64,000 bases of DNA from a bacterium. Its GTDB lineage: Bacteria > Bacillota > Clostridia > Lachnospirales > Lachnospiraceae. Numbering within the stretch: position 1 is the stretch's first letter; every line of letters begins with the position of its first letter. The DNA is taken from the NCBI GenBank assembly GCA_004562765.1, contig SFRL01000033.1:5052-69051 (forward strand), given 5' to 3'. The notes under the pieces are model-generated. The model made no database searches. It saw only the letters and a program-made list of their open reading frames with translations, and was not told where the DNA came from. The translations under genes were made by a program, and so were the position numbers. Positions 49,969-59,872 of the stretch are shown piece by piece.

Positions 49969-51519
49969 ATGAGCGAAATTCAGGAAATTCAGATAGAAAA
50001 AAATATATTGACACTGGTGGATTACGCGCTGGCAACAAGACTGATCGATCCGCTGGATACGACGTTTACGATCAACCGTCTGCTGGAGCTGTTTGCGCTG
50101 GATGAGATCGATGAGGAGCTGGTGCGCACATGGGAAGAAAGCCCCCGTATGACGCAGGAGCAGGCAGAGGCATGTCTGGAAACCGTGCTGGGCGAGATGT
50201 GTGATTATGCATATGCAAAAGGCATCACCACCGAGAACAGTGTGGTTTACCGTGATCTGTTCGACACAAAGATCATGAGCCTGCTCATGCCCCGTCCCAG
50301 TGAGGTCATCAGCAATTTTGAAAACCTGTATGCAAATACGTCACCGGAGGCGGCGACCGATTATTTCTACAAATTGAGCTGTGACAGTAATTATATCCGT
50401 CGTTACCGCATCAAAAAGGATCTGAAGTGGACGACAGAGACGGAGTACGGTACGCTGGATATCACAGTCAACCTCTCCAAGCCGGAGAAGGATCCGAAGG
50501 CGATCGCAGCAGCAAAGCTGGCAAAGCAGAGCGGCTATCCGAAGTGTCTGCTGTGCAAGGAGAATGAAGGTTATGCAGGTCGCGTCAATCACCCTGCGCG
50601 CCAGAATCACCGTGTGATCCCGGTGACCATCAACAACAGTGGCTGGTGCTTCCAGTATTCGCCCTATGTATATTACAATGAGCACTGTATCGTGTTCAAT
50701 TCACAGCATATTCCCATGAAGATCGAGCGTGCGACCTTCGGGAAGCTTTTGGATTTTGTGGAGCAGTTCCCTCATTATTTCGTGGGAAGCAACGCGGATC
50801 TGCCCATCGTCGGCGGCTCCATTCTGAGCCACGATCATTTCCAGGGCGGACATTATGAATTTGCGATGGCAAAGGCTCCGGTGGAAAAAGAGATCCGGTT
50901 TGAGGGCTTTGATGATATTCAGGCAGGCATTGTGAAATGGCCGATGTCCGTGATCCGTCTGGACTGCGCAGACAAGGAGCGCCTGATCGAGCTGGCGGAC
51001 AAGATCCTTCTGGCATGGCGCGGCTACACGGATGAGGCAGCGTTTGTGTTTGCCGAGACCGACGGAGAGCCCCACAACACCATCACCCCCATCGCCAGAA
51101 AGCGTGGGGATCAGTTTGAGCTGGATCTGGTACTGCGCAACAACATTACCACCGAAGAACATCCGCTGGGCGTTTATCATCCCCATGCAAAGCTGCATCA
51201 CATCAAAAAGGAGAACATCGGACTGATCGAGGTCATGGGTCTGGCAGTTCTCCCGGCACGCTTAAAGGACGAGATCGCGGGACTGGCAGAGGCGTTGGTA
51301 AATGGCAAAGATATCCGTGCAGACGAGATGTTGGAGAAACATGCAGACTGGGTAGACGAGTTCAGACCGAAGTATGACTCCATCACAAAGGACAACGTGG
51401 ACGACATCTTAAAGAAGGAGGTCGGACTGGTATTTTCTGAGGTATTGGAGGATGCCGGTGTTTACAAATGCACCCCCGAGGGACGCGAGGCGTTCATCCG
51501 GTTCATCGAGAGCGTATAG
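49969..51519 (+). CDS. galT: Galactose-1-phosphate uridylyltransferase (class II)
   Basis: NLSKPEKDPK, YPKCLLC.ENEGY, DLPIVGGSILSHDHFQGG, KKENIGLIEVMG. Confidence 0.95.
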   Translation: MSEIQEIQIEKNILTLVDYALATRLIDPLDTTFTINRLLELFALDEIDEELVRTWEESPRMTQEQAEACLETVLGEMCDYAYAKGITTENSVVYRDLFDTKIMSLLMPRPSEVISNFENLYANTSPEAATDYFYKLSCDSNYIRRYRIKKDLKWTTETEYGTLDITVNLSKPEKDPKAIAAAKLAKQSGYPKCLLCKENEGYAGRVNHPARQNHRVIPVTINNSGWCFQYSPYVYYNEHCIVFNSQHIPMKIERATFGKLLDFVEQFPHYFVGSNADLPIVGGSILSHDHFQGGHYEFAMAKAPVEKEIRFEGFDDIQAGIVKWPMSVIRLDCADKERLIELADKILLAWRGYTDEAAFVFAETDGEPHNTITPIARKRGDQFELDLVLRNNITTEEHPLGVYHPHAKLHHIKKENIGLIEVMGLAVLPARLKDEIAGLAEALVNGKDIRADEMLEKHADWVDEFRPKYDSITKDNVDDILKKEVGLVFSEVLEDAGVYKCTPEGREAFIRFIESV

Positions 51520-51545
51520 AAAAATAGTCTCAGAACAAACATTTT

Positions 51546-51583
51546 AGTGGCACGATCCTTTTTCGGGGTCGTGCCACTTTTTT
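51546..51583 (+). terminator. Intrinsic terminator after galT
   Basis: AGTGGCACGATCC...GGGTCGTGCCACTTTTTT. Confidence 0.8.
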
Positions 51584-51721
51584 CCGGTCCCCCTGACCAA
51601 AAAAAGAGGCATAAGCTATTGTTATGACTGTAAAAAAGGTGTATAATATACAAAAAATTTGTCGGCAAGTGATGAAATTTGTCGGTTTTATCCAAAAAAT
51701 GGTAAAAACAGGGAGCGGCAC

Positions 51722-53428
51722 ATGGCAGTTAGAGGAACAAAGAAGCGTATCGGAGATATGCTGATCGAAGAACACCTGATCACACAGGAACAATTGGAGC
51801 GGGCGCTTGAGATCGCCCGGGAGTCAGGAAAGAAGATCGGTGAGACTCTGGTAGAGAACGGATATACAACGGACGAAGCGATCATGCGCGCCCTGTCCAA
51901 TCAGCTTGGCATAGAGATCGTATCGCTCGCCGGTGTGCGCATATCCGATGAGATGATTCGTCTGGCAAACGCTTCGGTGCTTCGCAAAAACCGCATGGTT
52001 CCGCTGGAATATTTTCAGGGCAATATGAATATCATCAAGGTCGCCATGGCTGATCCGATGGATATGGCGGCGATCGATGACTTTACGATCATCACGAACT
52101 TACAGGTGGAGCCGGTGCTGGCGCTGCCCAGTGAGATCATGGTGACACTGGACCGGTATTTTGGCAATGACGAGACCATGGAGGCTGCGCAGAAGTATGC
52201 GGATGAACGCCGTGCCATGGAGGCAGCCAGCCAGGACACAGAGTACGATGAAAATGTCAGCAATTCACCGATCGTAAAGATCGTTAATTCCATGATCGAG
52301 CAGGCGGCAAGACAGCGGGCCTCCGATATACATATTGAAGCACTGGAACGGGTGGTGCGGGTAAGATTCCGTATCGACGGAGCGCTTTATGAAAAGTTCA
52401 CCTATGATATCCACCTGCTTCCGGCGATCATCGCCAGATTAAAGATCATTGGCGGAATGGATATCTCTGAAAAACGAAAACCGCAGGACGGACGTATCAC
52501 CTATGTGGTAGATCGCGTGGAGTACGATATCCGTGCATCCATCCTGCCGACTGTTTATGGCGAGAAATGCGTTATGCGTCTGGCGCAAAAGCGCATGCTG
52601 ACAAAGCAGAAGAGTGAGCTGGGCTTCTCGGAAGAAGAGATGCGGCAGTTTGACAATATCCTGAAAAATCCCAACGGAATCATTCTGGTCACGGGACCTA
52701 CCGGAAGCGGTAAGTCCACCACGCTGTACACAGCGCTCAGTGAGCTGAATAAAGAGGATGTAAATATTATTACCGTCGAGGACCCGGTGGAGGCAAACAT
52801 TGACGGTATCAATCAGGTGCAGACGAACGTCAAGGCAGATCTGACCTTTGCGTCCGCACTTCGTTCCATTCTGCGACAGGATCCGGATATCATCATGATC
52901 GGTGAGATCCGTGATACAGAGACGGCGCAGATCGCAGTGCAGGCGTCCATTACGGGACATCTGGTGGTCAGTACCCTGCATACGAACAGCTCCGCAAGTA
53001 CATTGACCCGTCTGATGGATATGGGTGTAGAGAGCTATCTGCTGGCAGATTCCATGGTAGGTGTTATTGCCCAGCGACTGGTGCGCAGACTCTGTCCGGA
53101 GTGCAAGACTGCTTACGAGGCATCCGAAGACGAAAAGGAGATCCTCGGACTGCCGACGGATGAAGCGCTGACACTGTACAAGCCATGTGGATGTGAGCAG
53201 TGTAACAATACCGGCTATCGCGGACGAATCGGTGTCTATGAGATCATGACGATCACGCCGCGCATCCGCCATGTGATCTCCAAGCGCGGAACGGCGGAGC
53301 AGATCCGCGACGTAGCGCTGGAGGAGGGAATGCATACGCTGCGCATGAGCGCTTCCAAGCTGGTATTGGAAGGGATCACCGCATTCTCGGAGATGATCAA
53401 GGTATCATTCGAAAACGAATCAATGTAG
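51722..53428 (+). CDS. pilB: Type IV pilus assembly ATPase (GspE/PilB)
   Basis: MshEN-like N-terminus, ASDIHIE, GPTGSGKST, LRQDPDIIMIGEIRD, tetracysteine motif. Confidence 0.93.
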   Translation: MAVRGTKKRIGDMLIEEHLITQEQLERALEIARESGKKIGETLVENGYTTDEAIMRALSNQLGIEIVSLAGVRISDEMIRLANASVLRKNRMVPLEYFQGNMNIIKVAMADPMDMAAIDDFTIITNLQVEPVLALPSEIMVTLDRYFGNDETMEAAQKYADERRAMEAASQDTEYDENVSNSPIVKIVNSMIEQAARQRASDIHIEALERVVRVRFRIDGALYEKFTYDIHLLPAIIARLKIIGGMDISEKRKPQDGRITYVVDRVEYDIRASILPTVYGEKCVMRLAQKRMLTKQKSELGFSEEEMRQFDNILKNPNGIILVTGPTGSGKSTTLYTALSELNKEDVNIITVEDPVEANIDGINQVQTNVKADLTFASALRSILRQDPDIIMIGEIRDTETAQIAVQASITGHLVVSTLHTNSSASTLTRLMDMGVESYLLADSMVGVIAQRLVRRLCPECKTAYEASEDEKEILGLPTDEALTLYKPCGCEQCNNTGYRGRIGVYEIMTITPRIRHVISKRGTAEQIRDVALEEGMHTLRMSASKLVLEGITAFSEMIKVSFENESM

Positions 53429-53459
53429 TCTGCATCTGTGCAGGCATTTAGGAGATAAC

Positions 53460-54539
53460 ATGGAACTATTAACCGGAGAACTGACAGCACAGAGAATTCT
53501 GGAATATTCAAACGAAAATCATGCATCCGATATCCACGTGACACCCATGAGTCCGCTTATGGTGCGTGTGGACGGCGAACTGGTTGCGGTGTCGGATCAT
53601 ATACTGACTCCGCAGGAGACGATCGCGATCATCCGCCCGATGATGGATGAAGCGCAGTGGGCAGAACTGGAAAAAGAAGGAGAACTGGATTTCGCGTATT
53701 CATTTCCGGGCTTTTCCCGTGTGCGTGTCAACGCCTTTCGACAGAGAGGTACTTATGGAATGGCAATGCGAATCCTGTCCTTTATCATTCCCACACCGCA
53801 GCAGCTGGGGATTCCCCGGTCAGTGGTGGATCTGACAAACCGAAAGAGAGGTCTGGTGCTGGTGACCGGAGCGACCGGTTCCGGAAAATCCACCACACTG
53901 GCGTCTTTGATCAATGTGATATCAGAAAATTATGCAAAGCATATCATTACACTGGAAGATCCCATCGAGTATCTGCACAAGCATAAAAAGTCCATAGTCG
54001 CACAGCGCGAGGTGGGAACGGATACGCATAGTTATGCAAATGCCCTGCGGGCAGCACTGCGACAGGACCCGGACGTGATCCTTGTAGGTGAGATGCGAGA
54101 TCTGGAGACCATCTCCATCGCGATCACCGCAGCCGAGACCGGACATCTGGTGTTCTCGACCTTACATACAAACAGTACGTCGGATGCGATCAACCGTGTG
54201 ATCGACGTGTTCCCGCCCCATCAGCAGCAGCAGATCCGTATCCAGCTTGCTTCCGTGCTGGAGGGAGTCATTGCACAGCAGCTTCTGCCGCGGACGGACG
54301 GAGGTCGTGTGGCGGCCTTTGAAGTACTGCTTGCCAATTCGGCGGTGCGCAATCTGATCCGTGAAGGAAAAGCGTTCCAGATCCCGTCCATGATCCAGAC
54401 CGGTAAAAAGGAAGGCATGCAGACGATGGATGACAATATTTTTGAACTTTTGATGGCGAACTTTATTACAAGGGAAAGCGCGATTCAGTTCGCATTGGAT
54501 CAGGGAGCAATGATCGAAAAAACAGCCATATTTGTATAG
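53460..54539 (+). CDS. pilT: Type IV pilus retraction ATPase
   Basis: GATGSGKST, EDPIE, LRQDPDVILVGEMRD, AVRNLIRE. Confidence 0.94.
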   Translation: MELLTGELTAQRILEYSNENHASDIHVTPMSPLMVRVDGELVAVSDHILTPQETIAIIRPMMDEAQWAELEKEGELDFAYSFPGFSRVRVNAFRQRGTYGMAMRILSFIIPTPQQLGIPRSVVDLTNRKRGLVLVTGATGSGKSTTLASLINVISENYAKHIITLEDPIEYLHKHKKSIVAQREVGTDTHSYANALRAALRQDPDVILVGEMRDLETISIAITAAETGHLVFSTLHTNSTSDAINRVIDVFPPHQQQQIRIQLASVLEGVIAQQLLPRTDGGRVAAFEVLLANSAVRNLIREGKAFQIPSMIQTGKKEGMQTMDDNIFELLMANFITRESAIQFALDQGAMIEKTAIFV

Positions 54540-54598
54540 GACTGATCTGGGATCAGACAGTCTTACAGAAAACCGGATCAGTGTTTGGAGGGAAAAAA

Positions 54599-55813
54599 TT
54601 GCCGGAATTTACATACAAGGCCATTGACAAATATGGCAAGGAGAAAAAAGGAAATATCACGATCGAAACGTTAGAAGCCGCCTACGAGAGGCTTCGCGCA
54701 GACGGTATGACGCCGATCGAAGTAAATAAAGCCAATATTTTTACAAAAGAGATCAATATTTCTATCGGAAATGCGATAAAACCCCGTGATCTGTCCGTCT
54801 TTTGTCGGCAATTCATTGCTATGATAACAGCAGGAGTCACAATTGTGGATGCCTTGGACATGTTATCCGAGCAGACAGAAAACAAGACGATGTCAAAAGC
54901 GATCTCCGGTGTGCGCACCGAGATCGGAAAAGGCGAGACGCTGGCGGATTCCTTAGCTAAGTATCCGAAGGTGTTTCCGGATATCATGGTAAATATGGTG
55001 GCTGCCGGAGAGGCGTCCGGTAAGCTGGATGTGGCATTCGAGCGAATGGCAACGCACTTTGAGAAAAGCGCGAGACTGAAAGCGATGATGAAGAAAGCGG
55101 CCATGTATCCGATCATCGTGTGTATTGTCGCTCTTGTAGTAGTGGTCATCATGATGGTAAAGGTCATTCCCAGCTATCAGGATCTGTTCGATCAGCTGGG
55201 CGGACAGCTTCCGCTGATCACCCGCATCGTAATTGCGCTGAGTGATTTTATCATAGGAAAATGGATCTTGCTGGTTCTTTTGATCGTGGGAGTGGTTGCA
55301 GGATTAAAAATGTTCGGAAAAACCGAACAGGGACAGGCTGTTTTCGGAAGATTGGCAAGAAGTATGCCGATATTCGGTAAGATGACCATCAAGACGGCGG
55401 CGGCAAACTTTGCCCGCACCCTGAGTACCCTGATCTATTCGGGTGTGCCGATGGTGGAGGCACTGGCCATCACTGCAGGAACGATGAGCAATTATCTGTA
55501 TAAGAAAAAAGTGGAAGAAGCCAGAGAGGACGTAACGCGTGGTATCCCCCTTTCCGAACCGTTGCTCCGTGACAATATGTTTCCCCCGATGGTGGGACAT
55601 ATGACAAAGATCGGAGAGGAGACCGGTGATCTGGAGGGCATGCTGACCCGTCTGGCAGACTATTACGATGAAGAAGTGGAGATGGCGACACAGACCGTCA
55701 TGGCAGCCCTGGAGCCTATGATCATTTTAGTATTGGCAGGCGTGGTAGGCGGTGTGATCGCAGCGGTCATGATGCCGATGTTCTCCATGTACACACAGAT
55801 GGACAGCCTGTGA
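54599..55813 (+). CDS. pilC: Type IV pilus platform protein (GspF/PilC)
   Basis: GEASGKLD, AAMYP, GEETGDL, LEP.II; TTG start after GGAGGG. Confidence 0.93.
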   Translation: MPEFTYKAIDKYGKEKKGNITIETLEAAYERLRADGMTPIEVNKANIFTKEINISIGNAIKPRDLSVFCRQFIAMITAGVTIVDALDMLSEQTENKTMSKAISGVRTEIGKGETLADSLAKYPKVFPDIMVNMVAAGEASGKLDVAFERMATHFEKSARLKAMMKKAAMYPIIVCIVALVVVVIMMVKVIPSYQDLFDQLGGQLPLITRIVIALSDFIIGKWILLVLLIVGVVAGLKMFGKTEQGQAVFGRLARSMPIFGKMTIKTAAANFARTLSTLIYSGVPMVEALAITAGTMSNYLYKKKVEEAREDVTRGIPLSEPLLRDNMFPPMVGHMTKIGEETGDLEGMLTRLADYYDEEVEMATQTVMAALEPMIILVLAGVVGGVIAAVMMPMFSMYTQMDSL

Positions 55814-55925
55814 TCGCTTCAGAACAGGGGCGACCGGCATATCGCTAACAAATGAATTAAGCGCTGGCATTGTAGGGAATGCAAGTGTTTAAGATAAAAA
55901 ATCAAATGAAAAAGGAGAAAAGATA

Positions 55926-56348
55926 ATGAAAAAGAATGAAGTGAAGAAAAACAACAAAGGTTTCTCCCTTGTTGAGTTGATCGTAGTTATTGCGATCATG
56001 GCAGTATTGGTAGGTGTACTTGCACCGCAGTTTATCAAGTATGTTGAGAAGTCACGTATTTCAACAGATATCCAGAATGTAGATCAGGTTAAAACTGCAG
56101 TTGAAGTATGGTGTACTGAGAATGAGAAAACAGGTACTGTATTTACACTTAATAGTGGTAGTACATCTGCGACTGTTGAATCAGCTTTTCAGCCTGCTAT
56201 GGCACAGGCCGGATTAGATAACACAATTAAATTCAAGTCTTCAAAATGGAGCGGTATAACGATGAGTGTTTCTGATACGGGTGTTGCTGTTTCGGGATCT
56301 GCTATATACGATAGAACAACGTATGGCATAGATGGATCTAAGTCTTAA
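55926..56348 (+). CDS. pilA: Probable major type IV pilin
   Basis: KG|FSLVELIVVIAIM class III signal; strong RBS AAGGAG; downstream hairpin. Confidence 0.85.
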   Translation: MKKNEVKKNNKGFSLVELIVVIAIMAVLVGVLAPQFIKYVEKSRISTDIQNVDQVKTAVEVWCTENEKTGTVFTLNSGSTSATVESAFQPAMAQAGLDNTIKFKSSKWSGITMSVSDTGVAVSGSAIYDRTTYGIDGSKS

Positions 56349-56379
56349 TTAAGAATCATTAGGCTTGATTTATTTTTTG

Positions 56380-56415
56380 GCCGGGTCCAGATGCTTTCCG
56401 GTATCTGGACCCGGT
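56380..56415. other. Stem-loop after the pilin gene (stabiliser or partial terminator)
   Basis: GCCGGGTCCAGATGC...GTATCTGGACCCGGT. Confidence 0.6.
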
Positions 56416-56492
56416 AACATGATTTTATTTATCGCATCCCCCTACAGATGCAGTTACAGATTCATGCCGAAAGGCATAAAGGAGACACACAT

Positions 56493-57251
56493 ATGGACCC
56501 GCTGTATATTTTGATACTGATAATTGCATTATTGTATGGTCTCGTGATCGGCAGTTTTCTCAATGTATGTATCTATCGCATACCGGAAGGAAAGACAGTT
56601 GTGACCGAGCGTTCCCATTGCATGAAGTGCGGCTATCAGCTCAGCTGGTACGATATGATCCCCGTGGTGAGCTGGCTGGCGCTCCGGGGCAGGTGTCGCA
56701 AATGCAAAGCCAGAATTTCCGCCCAGTATCCTCTGATCGAGGCTGCCAACGGAATCTTATATGTCGCAGTCTTTCTGGTCTGCGGCGTGACATGGACAAG
56801 TGTGATATATTGTCTGCTGGGATCAGCGCTGATCGTGCTGTCCGTTATTGATTTTAGAACTTATGAGATTCCGTTTGGAATCAATGTTTTTATACTGGTG
56901 CTGGGGCTGATCCATATGGTATTGGACATTCATAACTGGTCTGATTATGTGATCGGTCTCCTGGCAGTCAGTGTTCCTCTGGGAATCATTCTGCTGGTGA
57001 GCAAAGGCAGAGCGATCGGCGGCGGAGACGTCAAGCTGATGGCGGCGGCAGGCTTGCTGCTTGGCTGGGAGAAGATCCTTCTGGCACTGATCATCGGCTG
57101 TATTGCCGGGTCTGTCATACACATTATTCGAATGAAAGTAGCCGGGGCTGATCGGGTTCTTGCAATGGGACCTTATCTTGCGCTGGGTATTTTGCTTTCT
57201 GCCCTATGGGGCGGTCCGCTGATCTCGTGGTATCTGACCGCGATGTTATAA
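56493..57251 (+). CDS. pilD: Prepilin peptidase
   Basis: GSFLNVCIYRIP, two CxxC pairs, SVID, GGGDVKL. Confidence 0.93.
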   Translation: MDPLYILILIIALLYGLVIGSFLNVCIYRIPEGKTVVTERSHCMKCGYQLSWYDMIPVVSWLALRGRCRKCKARISAQYPLIEAANGILYVAVFLVCGVTWTSVIYCLLGSALIVLSVIDFRTYEIPFGINVFILVLGLIHMVLDIHNWSDYVIGLLAVSVPLGIILLVSKGRAIGGGDVKLMAAAGLLLGWEKILLALIIGCIAGSVIHIIRMKVAGADRVLAMGPYLALGILLSALWGGPLISWYLTAML

Positions 57252-57332
57252 TAAAGAAAATAATTTGATCAGGACTGAGAAACTACAGAACAGTCTTGAA
57301 AATTGAGATATATCGTATACAGGAGAAAAAAG

Positions 57333-59033
57333 ATGGCAGGAAAAGTACTTAGTATTGAAGTGGGCTACAGCATCACGCATGTGGTCGAGATGGATTATGA
57401 GGCGAAAAATCCGAAAATTTACAACGCCTTTTCATTCGAGACACCTCCGGATGTGTTGAGCGATGAGGGCGTGATCGTGAATGACAGTCTGATCGCGCTG
57501 ATGCGTCAGGCGATGACCCAGAACGGAATACGCACGACAAAGGCCGTGTTTACGATCTCATCTACGCGTATCGCTACCCGTGATGTTTCCATACCGCTGG
57601 TGAAGGATAACAAGATCAAGCAGTTATTGCTTGCAAACTCCAAAGAGTATTTTCCTGTTGATCTGGCACAGTATGAGCTGGTGTACCGTGTGGTGGAACG
57701 TGTCAAGGAAGAAAAACAGATCAAGCTGTCAGTGTTTGCGGTGCCGCGTTCCCTGATCGAGTCCTATCAGAATCTCGCTAAGGCATGGGGACTGACGATC
57801 GTTGGGATGGATTATAGTGGAAACAGTGTCTACCAGGTGATGCAGCGGACGATGGAGACGGATTTTTGCGTCACACTCCGCGTAGATGACAGCAGTTCCA
57901 TGATCACGATCATGAAGGATGGCAAGGTGGAACTGCAGAGAACCATCGGCTACGGAATCGACGAGGCGGTGGAGGTCGTGCGGAGCTGTAAGGTACTGGG
58001 AGGCAACAATACCTACACAGACGCCATGTCTCTGATGCGCAAGCGGACCTGTCTGAACCGGCAGCTGCAGATGGAGACCGAATCAAGCCCTTCAGATGAT
58101 GTGGAAGAACCGGCGATCATGGATATCCGGGATGATGCGACCCGTTCCCTGACGATGCTGATCGGAAATGTTTCCCGTGTCATGGATTACTATACCTCGC
58201 GCAATCAGGGTGTGACCATTGAAAAAATGTATGTGATCGGTCTGGGCGCGGACTGTAGCGGTCTCAGTAAGCTGCTCACAAATGAGCTGGGCATCAAGGC
58301 GGTATCGCTTCAGGAACTGAAAAACGTCAATCTCAACCGGAGCATTAACGACGAACGCTTCAAGGTTGCGGAATATATGACTTGTATCGGAGCTACGTTC
58401 GCTCCCTTAAACTTCATGTTCGAGGCGGCGAAGGAGAAGAGCGGAGAGAAGGAGGGCGGTTCCTTGTTCCTGCCCGTGGTCCTGTTTTCCGCATGCGTCA
58501 TCACTTCGGTGGCGCTGGTGCTGTTCGGGGCGGTCGGAAACCGGATGATCGAGACGGAAAACATCATGCTTCAGGCGCAGATCGATGCGAAGCGGGATGT
58601 GGTGGAGCAGTATAATGAATACCTCACGAAAAAGATGACTCGTGACGGTGTCGTAACGATGGATGCGCTCACGAGAGAGAATAATTCCGAGTTTTTGAAT
58701 TTCCTTTCACAGATGGAGGAAAAGATGCCCAGTGACCTGCTGATCTCCAGTCTGGTGGCAAATTCCGAGGGGATCACCATGAGCGTGACCACATCCTCAA
58801 AGGAATCCGCCGCAGAGGCGATCATGCAGCTGCGGACATTTACCGGTGTCGGAAATATCCAGTGCAGCGGTGTGTCGGAAGAACTGGATGACAATAACAT
58901 ACCCACGGAATATTTTGATATTACGGTCAATTATTTCCCGGCGGATATGCTGGAGGCAGCAGAAGGTTCTGAAAGCGAAGCACCTGCAGCCGACACGGCA
59001 ACAGACGAAGAAGAATACAGTGCGGAAGAATAG
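57333..59033 (+). CDS. pilM: PilM-PilN fusion alignment protein
   Basis: Actin-like PilM region (LSIEVG...), LNF motif, then TM helix, coiled coil and PilN-like EKMPSD domain. Confidence 0.75.
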   Translation: MAGKVLSIEVGYSITHVVEMDYEAKNPKIYNAFSFETPPDVLSDEGVIVNDSLIALMRQAMTQNGIRTTKAVFTISSTRIATRDVSIPLVKDNKIKQLLLANSKEYFPVDLAQYELVYRVVERVKEEKQIKLSVFAVPRSLIESYQNLAKAWGLTIVGMDYSGNSVYQVMQRTMETDFCVTLRVDDSSSMITIMKDGKVELQRTIGYGIDEAVEVVRSCKVLGGNNTYTDAMSLMRKRTCLNRQLQMETESSPSDDVEEPAIMDIRDDATRSLTMLIGNVSRVMDYYTSRNQGVTIEKMYVIGLGADCSGLSKLLTNELGIKAVSLQELKNVNLNRSINDERFKVAEYMTCIGATFAPLNFMFEAAKEKSGEKEGGSLFLPVVLFSACVITSVALVLFGAVGNRMIETENIMLQAQIDAKRDVVEQYNEYLTKKMTRDGVVTMDALTRENNSEFLNFLSQMEEKMPSDLLISSLVANSEGITMSVTTSSKESAAEAIMQLRTFTGVGNIQCSGVSEELDDNNIPTEYFDITVNYFPADMLEAAEGSESEAPAADTATDEEEYSAEE

Positions 59034-59044
59034 GAGGCAGTGAA

Positions 59045-59872
59045 ATGAATAGTGTGATCAGTAAAAGAGATGTAAAGCTGCTTCTCTATGCAGGAGGGAT
59101 TCTTCTGCTCGTTCTGGCATATTTTTTCGGATACCAGAAATTCATGGAAAAGAGAGAGGTGCTGGAGGCGGAGCAGGGCCGTCTGCAGCAGCAGGTGGAT
59201 CGTCTGAATGAGATCTATGCAGGAAGAGACGAATATGAAAAGCAGATCACCGCTTACAATGCGGAAATGATACAGATCTTTAACAATTATCCGGCGGAAG
59301 TACGTGAGGAGGATACGATCCTCTACGCCAGTGAACTGGAGAAGAAAAATGAGATCCGTGTTTCGAACATCGGTATTTCTCCGGCAATACAGATGTATTC
59401 GCTGGGGGACAATCTGGGCGCAGCGGGAACAGACGCGGCAGCTGCTACCGGTGATCAGGCGGCAGCCGATGCAGCTGCGGCGGATTCCGGACAGACATTG
59501 GATCAGCAGCTTGGAATTCTGGATGAAGCATCTGTGACATTGCCGTATTTCTCTCTTTGCAATACGGCGGTAGCCTATGATTTCACGACGGGATACAATG
59601 ACTGTAAGTCTGTGTTTGCAATGATCTTAGAGTCCGCAGAGAAGAGAAATGTGTCTGCGATCTCGCTCACGTATGATACGGAAACCGGTCTGTTGAACGG
59701 AAATATGAACGTCAACATGTATTATATGGCAGGAACCGATAAGGTCTATGAGGAGCCGGATGCAGGTTCTATCGCGCATGGCAAGGAGGATCTGTTCGGA
59801 ACAGTGGAGCAAAAGAACGAGAAGAGTGATGGGGACAGTCAGAAGGAAACAAAGAAAAAGAAAAGTGAATAA
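59045..59872 (+). CDS. PilO-like membrane protein
   Basis: SKRD..LL plus TM helix and coiled coil, directly after pilMN. Confidence 0.6.
   Translation: MNSVISKRDVKLLLYAGGILLLVLAYFFGYQKFMEKREVLEAEQGRLQQQVDRLNEIYAGRDEYEKQITAYNAEMIQIFNNYPAEVREEDTILYASELEKKNEIRVSNIGISPAIQMYSLGDNLGAAGTDAAAATGDQAAADAAAADSGQTLDQQLGILDEASVTLPYFSLCNTAVAYDFTTGYNDCKSVFAMILESAEKRNVSAISLTYDTETGLLNGNMNVNMYYMAGTDKVYEEPDAGSIAHGKEDLFGTVEQKNEKSDGDSQKETKKKKSE

Noticed and set aside
55813..56492. c-di-GMP riboswitch near pilA or pilD
   Set aside because: Small hairpins exist (e.g. ATGCC-GAAA-GGCAT) but I could not match class I or II consensus features.
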